This document shows positions 41,695 to 49,953 of a DNA stretch of 64,000 bases, piece by piece. Numbering within the stretch: position 1 is the first letter of the stretch; each line of letters begins with the position of its first letter. The stretch comes from Candidatus Actinomarinales bacterium (lineage in GTDB: Bacteria; Actinomycetota; Acidimicrobiia; Actinomarinales; Actinomarinaceae), in contig SGYR01000002.1 in the NCBI GenBank assembly GCA_004213405.1, positions 2,133-66,132 of the forward strand. Reading direction: 5' to 3'. The notes under the pieces are model-generated. The model made no database searches. It was given only the letters and a program-made list of their open reading frames with translations, and was not told the DNA's origin. A program made the position numbers and the translations under genes.

Positions 41695-44336
41695 GATTTG
41701 TTTATCAACTCTTCAAAATCTGCTTTAGTTTTTGTAAACACTCTTGATCCAGAACCTGGCTCCATAGTAACCCCATATAAAACATCACCAGCATGCATAG
41801 TCTGCTGTTGGTGTGTAACAATAATATATTGAGCATCTCCCTTTACATGCTTTAATAAGTTAATCATTCTATGTAAATTAGCATCATCGAGTGCAGCTTC
41901 AACTTCATCAAGTATATAAAAAGGGCTTGGGAATGACTTAAATATAGAGAACAAGAATGCTATTGCAGCTAATGATCTTTCCCCACCAGATAATAAACTT
42001 AATTTCTTAACCTTTTTACCTTTAGGTTGTACCGAAATATCAATTCCAGTTTCTAAAATATTTTCTTTATCTGTGAATGACAAAGATCCTTTTCCTCCAG
42101 GGAACAAAGTTTCAAATATTTCAGAAAAATGTACTGAAATTGAATTAAAAGAAGACTCAATTCTAAATGATATTTCATTTTCAATATCTTTAATGTGTGA
42201 ATGCAATTCTTTTTTGGCTAAATTTAAGTCTTCTATGTTTCCTGTTATTTCTTCATGTCTTGAATTTAAGGTTTCAAAATCTTCTTTAGCTAAATAATTT
42301 ACTGTACCTATATTTTCTAATTGAGTCTCATAATTTTTTATTTCATTTTCTAAAGTATGATGAATCAATCCATCAATTTGAACTTGAACAAGACTTTCGT
42401 CATTCAAACCATAAATATTTTTTAAAGTAGAAAAATGAGAAGAAGTAGAAACTTGATTTTCAGATAGTTTAATTACTACTGCGGTTTTTTCCTCTTTTAT
42501 ATCAAAATAATTTTTATTTAACTGTTCAATTTCTGAATCAATTTTCTGAATTTTTTTATTAGTATTTCCATACTTATCATCAAACTCTTCAGATTTTTGA
42601 GCTAATAAATTACTAGTTTTATTTGTAAATATAATAAAGTCTTTTATTTCAGAAACAAGCTTTTCTAAATCTGATTTTGAAGTGGCATTTTTAGTAGATG
42701 AAATTTTTTCTTTTTCATTAAGAAATTCATTATTTTGTTCCGTAAGATTTTTGATTCTTTCTTGAGAAGTAACTAATTGGTTAGAAATTGAAGTTATTTG
42801 ATTTTCTAAATTTTCAATCTGTTTTTCTAAATCAATCTTCTGATTATTTATATCAATTTTGAACTCTTCATTTTGATTAATTCCAGAAAGCAATACTTCT
42901 TTTTGACTTAATTCTCTTTCCATAGATTCATTCTTAGAAGTTATTTGATCTATTTTTTCTTTTGATGAGTTAAATTCCCTATTCAATATATTTTGATGAA
43001 AAGTAACATATTCATCTTTTGAGGAAATATTAAATTCAGTGCTTTTAATATCATTATTAAATTTCTGTAAAAGGTCTTCTGAATTTTTAACATCGCTCTC
43101 CCACTTACTAAGTTCAAGATTTAGTACTCCTAAATCTTGTGATGTTTCAGATATGTTCTTTTGTAATGACTTAATTTCATTTTCTAGCAAAGCTTCATTT
43201 ACTTCTTTTGATGCAGAAGACTTCTTAATAACAGACTCGAGTTGAGTTTTTAAATCATCATAAGTTGATTGAAGATTCTTTAAAGAATATTGTTTAGACA
43301 CCAACTGATTAGAAAGCATATTTATCTGGTCTGAATTTTGATCTATTTTATTTGAAATTTTATTAATTTGCTCTATATTCCTAAAATCTTCACGTTCTAA
43401 ATTATCTTTTCTTTCATTTGCCACTTGAGCAATTGTTCTTAATTGTTCAGTAACATTGTTAATTTTTGAAGAATATTCTTTGAATGTAGAGCCAATGGAA
43501 ACTCCGTCGCCAAGTTCATTATTTATTCTTAGTTTTTCTTTTTTCAAATTTTCAACTTTTAACTCAATAGAATCAATTGAATTTGAAAGTTCATTTTCTT
43601 TGATTTTTAAATCTTCATATTCATTTTGAAATTTTCTATAAAGCAAAGTATGTAGTTTTATATTTCTATCTTTTAATTGATTTGTTACATCTTCATGAAG
43701 CCTTGCCTGCTCAGCTTGTTCCTGTAGAGGCTTCAGTTGTTTTTTAATCTCACGTAAAACATCTTTAGCTCTTTTGATTTCTTTATCACCAGATTCAATT
43801 CTCTTAAGCGCTTTTTCTTTTTTCGATCTTAAAGGTAAAATTCCTGAAGCTTCTTCAATTGTTAATCTGTGATCCTCAGGCTTTGAATTCAATATTTCAG
43901 CGATTTGACCTTGTGAAATTATGATATGTTGCTGTTTACCTATACCTACGTCACTTAAAAACTCTTGAATATCTAATAATCTGCAATTTAAGCCATTCAT
44001 AAAGTATTCAGAAGTACCATCTCTAAACAGTTTTCTTCCTATGGAAATTTCACTATTTCCGTTAAATTTTTGTTCATCAACTTCGAAATTTAAATAGACC
44101 TCAGCAAATCCTTTTTCTGATAATTTTTCAGTACCAGCAAATATCACATCTTCCATCTTGTTAGTTCTAAGAGTGGCGGGGCTTTGGGTTCCCAATACCC
44201 AAGATATTGCATCTACTACATTTGACTTGCCAGAACCATTAGGTCCAACAATAACATTTACTTCGTCTGATAATTGAATAGTTGTCTTTTCAGCAAAAGA
44301 CTTGAACCCATTAATATCTAATGATTTTAAATACAT
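41691..44336 (-). CDS. smc: SMC chromosome-partition ATPase, short (881 aa), no recognisable hinge
   Basis: N-terminal head MYLKSLDINGFKSFAEKTTI...IVGPNGSGKSNVVDAISWVLG. C-terminal head LSLLSGGERSLAAIAFLFSIF (signature), FYILDEVEAALD (Walker B) and IVTHQ. The middle ~530 aa are uninterrupted heptad-like Glu/Lys/Asn/Ser sequence. In the conserved rnc-mutM-smc position. Confidence 0.85.
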   Translation of the reverse strand: MYLKSLDINGFKSFAEKTTIQLSDEVNVIVGPNGSGKSNVVDAISWVLGTQSPATLRTNKMEDVIFAGTEKLSEKGFAEVYLNFEVDEQKFNGNSEISIGRKLFRDGTSEYFMNGLNCRLLDIQEFLSDVGIGKQQHIIISQGQIAEILNSKPEDHRLTIEEASGILPLRSKKEKALKRIESGDKEIKRAKDVLREIKKQLKPLQEQAEQARLHEDVTNQLKDRNIKLHTLLYRKFQNEYEDLKIKENELSNSIDSIELKVENLKKEKLRINNELGDGVSIGSTFKEYSSKINNVTEQLRTIAQVANERKDNLEREDFRNIEQINKISNKIDQNSDQINMLSNQLVSKQYSLKNLQSTYDDLKTQLESVIKKSSASKEVNEALLENEIKSLQKNISETSQDLGVLNLELSKWESDVKNSEDLLQKFNNDIKSTEFNISSKDEYVTFHQNILNREFNSSKEKIDQITSKNESMERELSQKEVLLSGINQNEEFKIDINNQKIDLEKQIENLENQITSISNQLVTSQERIKNLTEQNNEFLNEKEKISSTKNATSKSDLEKLVSEIKDFIIFTNKTSNLLAQKSEEFDDKYGNTNKKIQKIDSEIEQLNKNYFDIKEEKTAVVIKLSENQVSTSSHFSTLKNIYGLNDESLVQVQIDGLIHHTLENEIKNYETQLENIGTVNYLAKEDFETLNSRHEEITGNIEDLNLAKKELHSHIKDIENEISFRIESSFNSISVHFSEIFETLFPGGKGSLSFTDKENILETGIDISVQPKGKKVKKLSLLSGGERSLAAIAFLFSIFKSFPSPFYILDEVEAALDDANLHRMINLLKHVKGDAQYIIVTHQQQTMHAGDVLYGVTMEPGSGSRVFTKTKADFEELINKS

Positions 44337-44402
44337 TTATTACCCTGTTGTTACTTATATATTAGTAATAATTGGATTAAATTTCTTATTTTTGAATTTT
44401 TT

Positions 44403-45338
44403 TTAAACTACTTCTATTTCTACAGCACGTGTATTTTGCCTGTTAGATGTGTATATATTATCAAGATATTCAAAAGGTTTTTTATTTATCCAGCCATTTG
44501 AATATAAAAAATAAGACGCAGCCAAATCTACTCCTCTTTTGCTACCGTCTGTACAGTTAAATATAAAGGATTCGCTATTATCAGTAACAAACAATACTCC
44601 TTCTGCACCTGATTTTGCTAAAAGTTTTCGTTCTGAATTTATTATTATATTTGTATCAGTTCTATTTTCGCCACCTATTATTTCTGGATGAGCTATATAA
44701 GCTTGAAATACTTTATTCCAAGATTCAGCACTTCGAGTTTTTTGCATAAATTTTATGGAGTTTAAAAAATTTGTTACATTTAAATTAATTGCTGGCAGAC
44801 CACATCCATCAATACCAAATCCAATATCTTCATTTTCAAATATTTCGATAAAGTACTGCTTTGTGATTTCTTGGGTTTTATGAATTAAATCATAGTAATT
44901 ACTGCTATCAACAGATAATAATTTAGAAAATATCAACATTGATAAATGCTTGCCAGAACAATTGTTGTGCAACTTAGTATATTTCTCACCTAAAATTAGC
45001 AAATTATCTGCAGTTTCATCATGAAAAGGTCGCTGTGGCCCACAAATTATGTTATCTAAATCAACTTTAAATTTTTTTGCTGTTTCTCTTAATAGTTCTA
45101 TATGCTCAACTTGACCAGAATGTGATGCTGCAAACAATGCTATCTCTTCAGAAGTAAATTCAATATTTTGATTTGATGCCTCCAGCAATAAAGGAATCAC
45201 TTGCATTGGTTTGACTGAAGACCTAGGAAAAAAATAATCGTCATATTGTTTTTTGTTTGAGTAAAGATTTACTTCATGAGAAGACTCTATAGAACCATCT
45301 CTATATAAATTAACTGTTAATTTATTATCTTCTGACAT
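44403..45338 (-). CDS. asparaginase, Rhizobium etli-type (Asparaginase_II family)
   Basis: PRSSVKPMQ (Ser-x-x-Lys region), ASHSGQVEH, NNCSGKH and GIDGCGLP match the conserved boxes of this family as I recall them. Confidence 0.7.
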   Translation of the reverse strand: MSEDNKLTVNLYRDGSIESSHEVNLYSNKKQYDDYFFPRSSVKPMQVIPLLLEASNQNIEFTSEEIALFAASHSGQVEHIELLRETAKKFKVDLDNIICGPQRPFHDETADNLLILGEKYTKLHNNCSGKHLSMLIFSKLLSVDSSNYYDLIHKTQEITKQYFIEIFENEDIGFGIDGCGLPAINLNVTNFLNSIKFMQKTRSAESWNKVFQAYIAHPEIIGGENRTDTNIIINSERKLLAKSGAEGVLFVTDNSESFIFNCTDGSKRGVDLAASYFLYSNGWINKKPFEYLDNIYTSNRQNTRAVEIEVV

Positions 45339-46120
45339 TTTTTACACACATAAGTAGCTCTAGAATCTATAAATATCTTATCAATTTTATTTGAACATGA
45401 AAAACACTTATCTTTTGAATAAATATACAAATTATTTTGATTGTTACCATATACACCTTGTGGTAGAACATAAGTCATATCACTTAAGGTTGTTCCATTA
45501 TTTTTAATAGCCTTTTTTAAAACTTTCTTTGTATATAAAAATATATCATTCCAATTTGTGTCTTTTAATTTAAAAGATACTGAATGTGGATGAATGCCAA
45601 CAAGAAATAAAATTTCATTAACATAAATATTTCCTAGTCCGCTTATATTTTTTTGATCTAATAAGAATTTTTTAATACTCGTCGAACTTTTTTTTGCTTT
45701 ATTCATTACAAAGATTTTATCTAGTTTTGACAATGAAAGTGCGTCTGGACCTAGAATGGAAAATTGTTTATTTGATTGATCATTTTTAAGAATCTTTATA
45801 TATCCAAACTTTCGAATATCATCATAAAGCAAAACGTCTTCATCAAAAAAAAATATACCATGTGTATGTTTATTTTTTATACCATTTAGATCTAATCTTC
45901 CACTCATTCCTAAATGAAAAAAAATAGAATTATTTTTAAAGTTAAACTGTAAAATCTTTCCTTTTCTATATATCTCAAGCAAAACTCCTAAATTTTCAGG
46001 ATTTACACTGTTAAATCTATTTATTCGTTGATCAAATATTTTATATTTTTGTAATTTTTGATTTATTAAAGAATTTTTTAAAACCCTTCGTATAGATTCA
46101 ACTTCGGGTAATTCAGGCAT
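45317..46120 (-). CDS. mutM: formamidopyrimidine-DNA glycosylase
   Basis: MPELPEVE N-terminus (catalytic Pro2/Glu3), H2TH region LLDQKNISGLGNIYVNE and a C-terminal zinc finger C.SC...C.KCQ. Confidence 0.92.
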   Translation of the reverse strand: MPELPEVESIRRVLKNSLINQKLQKYKIFDQRINRFNSVNPENLGVLLEIYRKGKILQFNFKNNSIFFHLGMSGRLDLNGIKNKHTHGIFFFDEDVLLYDDIRKFGYIKILKNDQSNKQFSILGPDALSLSKLDKIFVMNKAKKSSTSIKKFLLDQKNISGLGNIYVNEILFLVGIHPHSVSFKLKDTNWNDIFLYTKKVLKKAIKNNGTTLSDMTYVLPQGVYGNNQNNLYIYSKDKCFSCSNKIDKIFIDSRATYVCKKCQKIIN

Positions 46121-46790
46121 CTAACTTTGCTAAAGCATCTTTTGCAGCAGATTGTTGAGCACTTTTTTTAGATTTTCCATCTCCAGCGCCAATTACCTCA
46201 TCATTTAATAAAACTTTAGATGAAAAATTTTTATTATGGTCAGGACCATGTGAACTATCTTTATAGATTACTTTTAACCCCTTTTTAGCATAGTATTCTT
46301 GTAATCTTGTTTTGTAGTCTTTTTGTCCAGGATTTTGAGATAGGTCCTTTATGCTTGGATAAATAAATTTTGAAACAAAATCATTTACAGCTTTTAGACC
46401 ACCATCAAAATATAAAGCAGCTATTAAAGCTTCCAGAGCGTCTTCAATAATTGAATCTTTATGTCTTCCTCCAGTTGAATCTTCTGCTGTGCCTAAATAA
46501 AGATACTTACCAATGTTTATTTTTTTTCCAAGTTCAACAAGATAAAACTGATTAACAGCGCTCGATCTAATTTTGGTAAGACTTCCTTCGTCCAATTCTG
46601 GATAATTTTCAAATAAATATTCAGTTAGATCAAAATCTAGTATTGCATCACCAAAAAATTCATATCTTTGGTTTGATTGTAAGTCCGGGTACTCATCTAA
46701 ATATGATTTATGGGTTAAAGCAATCTGTAAAAAAGTTATATTTTTAAATTTGTATCCAATATTCTTTTCTAAATCTTTTAAATTACTCAT
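46113..46790 (-). CDS. rnc: ribonuclease III
   Basis: ALTHKSY, NQRYEFFGDAILD (RNase III signature), EALIAALYFDGG and a C-terminal dsRBD (GKSKKSAQQSAAKDAL). Confidence 0.94.
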   Translation of the reverse strand: MSNLKDLEKNIGYKFKNITFLQIALTHKSYLDEYPDLQSNQRYEFFGDAILDFDLTEYLFENYPELDEGSLTKIRSSAVNQFYLVELGKKINIGKYLYLGTAEDSTGGRHKDSIIEDALEALIAALYFDGGLKAVNDFVSKFIYPSIKDLSQNPGQKDYKTRLQEYYAKKGLKVIYKDSSHGPDHNKNFSSKVLLNDEVIGAGDGKSKKSAQQSAAKDALAKLDA

Positions 46791-47758
46791 AACTCTTTAA
46801 TGGCATCAGAAAACTTACCAATAAAATCTTTGTTGATGGATTCATTTGTATATTGAATACCATTCATAATTGCTTCCTGCTTAGATGAACCATGGCCAAT
46901 TGTTACTAAACCATCGACGCCTAATAAGTAAGAAGCATTTGTTTTATCAGGGTTTAATTGATCCTTCACAGGTTTTAAAGCTTTCTTGACTGATGGTAAA
47001 AAAGGTTTAAATAGATTTTGTTTTAGAGAGGAAGATATTAGGTTTTGCTGAAGTTTTGCAGTTCCTTCTAAAGTTTTTAATACAACATTACCTGTAAATC
47101 CATCAGTAACAAATACATCAACCTTATTAGTTGCAAAATCTCTACCTTCTACATTTCCAACGAAATTTAAAGAACTTGAATTTAAAAGTTTAAAGACGGA
47201 TTTTTCAAGTTCTCTACCCTTAGACTCTTCTTCGCCGTTATTTAAAAGTCCTATTTTCGGAGATTCGATGTCAAAAAGAGATTCAGCAAGCTTTGATCCC
47301 ATGACTGCAAATTGATAAAGGACTTTAGGTTTAACATCTAAACTTGCACCTGAGTCAAGTAATATGACACTTCTTCCAATAGTTGGCAAGACTGAAGCAA
47401 TTGCAGGTCTAATAACACCTCTTTGCTTTCCCAAAATTGTAATTGCACTTATTAGGGTTGCACCGGTGGAACCCGCAGAAAATACTGCCTGAACCTTTTT
47501 TTCTTTTAATAATTGCATACATCCATTTATTGATGCTTCTTTTTTAGACCGTACAGCTTTAAGTGGATCCTCGTCCATAGAAATTACCTGAGGAAAATGG
47601 TAGACAGGTATTTCTGTTGATCCAAGATAAGGTTTGATTAAATTTTCGTCACCACACAATACGACATTGACACCATATTCTTTTGCTTTTATTGCACCTT
47701 TAACAATTTCTACAGGTGCTGAATCACCACCCATTGCATCTACGGCAATAGTATTCAT
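46787..47758 (-). CDS. plsX: phosphate acyltransferase PlsX
   Basis: IAVDAMGGDSAP, SAGSTGA, VTDGFTGNVVLK and HGSS. Confidence 0.94.
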   Translation of the reverse strand: MNTIAVDAMGGDSAPVEIVKGAIKAKEYGVNVVLCGDENLIKPYLGSTEIPVYHFPQVISMDEDPLKAVRSKKEASINGCMQLLKEKKVQAVFSAGSTGATLISAITILGKQRGVIRPAIASVLPTIGRSVILLDSGASLDVKPKVLYQFAVMGSKLAESLFDIESPKIGLLNNGEEESKGRELEKSVFKLLNSSSLNFVGNVEGRDFATNKVDVFVTDGFTGNVVLKTLEGTAKLQQNLISSSLKQNLFKPFLPSVKKALKPVKDQLNPDKTNASYLLGVDGLVTIGHGSSKQEAIMNGIQYTNESINKDFIGKFSDAIKEL

Positions 47759-47765
47759 AATTTTT

Positions 47766-47948
47766 TTAGCTTACTTCAGGTTCTTTGACTTGTCGACCGT
47801 TATAAGTTCCATCTGTAGGATTAACCCTATGTGACTGTTTTGCAACACCAGTCTCTGGGTCAACTACAAAATGCGGTTTTGAAACTTTATGAGTAGCTTT
47901 TCTACGTCTAGTTCTAGATTTAGACATTTTTTTCTTTGGCACTGCCAT
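47766..47948 (-). CDS. rpmF: 50S ribosomal protein L32
   Basis: MAVPKKKMSKSRTRRRKA is the L32 N-terminal signature. 60 aa. Confidence 0.94.
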   Translation of the reverse strand: MAVPKKKMSKSRTRRRKATHKVSKPHFVVDPETGVAKQSHRVNPTDGTYNGRQVKEPEVS

Positions 47949-47966
47949 GGTTATATTCCTTTCAAA

Positions 47967-48464
47967 CTACAAATCTAGCTGACTTAGAGAAGAAAATGGA
48001 CTTTCTTTTGAATTTTTTTCATTGTGATTACAGCTTAAATTGTTTTTATTTATACCACAAAATGAGCAAAGTCCCTTACATTTTTGTGAACATACAAAAT
48101 TTATGTCCATTTTTTCAATAATTATTTCAGAAATAAAAGGTGATAAGTCAAAATATTCATCATCATAATTTATTTCATAGTCGTTATCATCTTTTACATT
48201 CAAAGTTGTTGAAAAGGAACTTCTATCTTCATTATGTGAAGTCATTAAACATCTCCCGCAATTGCTTTGATATCTGAAATTAACTTCAATTGAAAAAGAA
48301 AGCCTATCTTCAATTAGTTCAATTTCTGATTGGAATTTAATTTGTTCATTATCATCAATAAAATTATTACCAAAATTTATTGGAAACGTGCCTTCATTGT
48401 CGAATTGTATTTTATCTTTTGAAGAGATTAGATCAATTGACTTAATCTTGGTATTTAATTTCAT
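47967..48464 (-). CDS. DUF177 (YceD-like) protein
   Basis: In the conserved position upstream of rpmF. CGRC...C..KCKGLCSFCG Cys pattern and size are typical of YceD. Confidence 0.8.
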   Translation of the reverse strand: MKLNTKIKSIDLISSKDKIQFDNEGTFPINFGNNFIDDNEQIKFQSEIELIEDRLSFSIEVNFRYQSNCGRCLMTSHNEDRSSFSTTLNVKDDNDYEINYDDEYFDLSPFISEIIIEKMDINFVCSQKCKGLCSFCGINKNNLSCNHNEKNSKESPFSSLSQLDL

Positions 48465-48465
48465 T

Positions 48466-48963
48466 TTATGGTTTTTCTATATCGCGTGGTTGTCTAAGCT
48501 TCGTTCTCTCTTGATCTAAAAAATCTTTTAACTGATTAATTTTGCTTTGAATTTCTTCCATTTTACGGTCTACTGAATCTTCAATATTTGCTCTATAAGA
48601 TTGAGCTTCAAGTTCAGTTTGCTTAATTATTGCATTTGCTTCAATAACTGCTTCTTGTAAAACATATGATTCTTGAATAAGTTTTTCAGATTCACGCCTA
48701 GCTTCTTCAACAATCTCTTTTGATTCATCTTTGGCCTTTGTAATAAACGATTCCTGTTCTCTTACGATCCATCTTGCAGTTCGAAGTTCTACTGGAATTG
48801 TGTCAATTATTTCATCTATATTGTTAATAATATCTTTTTTATTGACTCTTCCAGTAAGTGAATTCGATTCGAGACTTGCCCTTAAGTTTTCTAGTTTATC
48901 AACTATGTCAATTCTGACATTTCCTTTTGCAATATCTTCAAAATTAATTTCTGCTTCAGGCAT
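48466..48963 (-). CDS. hypothetical coiled-coil protein (position equivalent to the actinobacterial DivIVA-like/Rv2927c-type gene)
   Basis: Charged heptad-rich sequence (KAKDESKEIVEEARRESEKLIQES...) between coaD and DUF177. I recognise no catalytic motif. Assigned by position only. Confidence 0.4.
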   Translation of the reverse strand: MPEAEINFEDIAKGNVRIDIVDKLENLRASLESNSLTGRVNKKDIINNIDEIIDTIPVELRTARWIVREQESFITKAKDESKEIVEEARRESEKLIQESYVLQEAVIEANAIIKQTELEAQSYRANIEDSVDRKMEEIQSKINQLKDFLDQERTKLRQPRDIEKP

Positions 48964-49420
48964 TGTTCATTCTCTCTAAAACATAATCAGGAACCAAAGA
49001 CGTAATATCTCCACCGTATGAATGAATTTCTTTCACCATGGAACTTGAGAGGTATCCATATTCAGGAGAAGAAGGTATGAATATTGTTTCAAATCCTTTT
49101 AAAGTCGAGTTAGCTTGTGCCATTTGAAATTCATAGTCAAAATCTGTCATAGCTCTTAATCCTTTGACAATAGCATCAACTGACTCTGATGAGGCAAAAT
49201 CAACTAATAAACCTTCAAAACTTTTTACTTTGACATTCGCTTTTTCATTACAAACTTTTTCAAGCATTTCTGATCTTTCCTCTGGTGTAAATAAAGATTC
49301 CTTTGAGGGGTTAACAACGACTCCAACAATAATCTCACTAAATATTTCAGAACATCTATTTATAACATCAATATGTCCATTAGTAGGTGGGTCAAATGAA
49401 CCAGGAATTAAAATTTTCAT
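48956..49420 (-). CDS. coaD: phosphopantetheine adenylyltransferase
   Basis: PGSFDPPTNGHIDVI (T/HxGH), KGLRAMTDFDYE and SSSMVKEI. Confidence 0.94.
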   Translation of the reverse strand: MKILIPGSFDPPTNGHIDVINRCSEIFSEIIVGVVVNPSKESLFTPEERSEMLEKVCNEKANVKVKSFEGLLVDFASSESVDAIVKGLRAMTDFDYEFQMAQANSTLKGFETIFIPSSPEYGYLSSSMVKEIHSYGGDITSLVPDYVLERMNNA

Positions 49421-49953
49421 ATTCTCCTCAATATAAGAATTTTACTTTGCCCATAGTTTTTTTCCCTGTGTAATTCATAATTTTTTGAAAACTTTACATC
49501 CTCAGAAGCTTTATGTCTATGAATAATTAAAAGCCCATTATCATTTAAAATATTCTCTATGATTAAAACTTCTTCATCTACTTGATTTGCATCAAGTTCA
49601 AAAGGAGGATCATAAAAAATTAGATCATATTTATTAATAGAATTTTTAATAAAAGAATTAACGGGCGAATTTACAATACTTAAATTACTTAACATATTTT
49701 CAACGTTTTTCTTAAGTATTAAAATGCATTCTTTAGAGAGTTCAACAAAGGTAACATAATTTGCTCCCCTACTTAATGCTTCAATGCCTAAACTTCCAGA
49801 ACCAGAATATAAATCAAGAACATCTTTTTCTTCAACCATGAACTGAATTGAGTTAAAAATTGCTTCCCTAACTTTACTCATCATCGGTCTTGTATCTGCG
49901 TTATTAATAGTTTCAATCTTTTTAGACTTGTAAATGCCTGCCAAAACTCTCAT
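49417..49953 (-). CDS. rsmD: 16S rRNA (guanine966-N2)-methyltransferase
   Basis: TRPMMSKVREAIFN, LDLYSGSGSLGIEALSRGA and IFYDPPF (DPPF/Y motif). Confidence 0.88.
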   Translation of the reverse strand: MRVLAGIYKSKKIETINNADTRPMMSKVREAIFNSIQFMVEEKDVLDLYSGSGSLGIEALSRGANYVTFVELSKECILILKKNVENMLSNLSIVNSPVNSFIKNSINKYDLIFYDPPFELDANQVDEEVLIIENILNDNGLLIIHRHKASEDVKFSKNYELHREKNYGQSKILILRRI

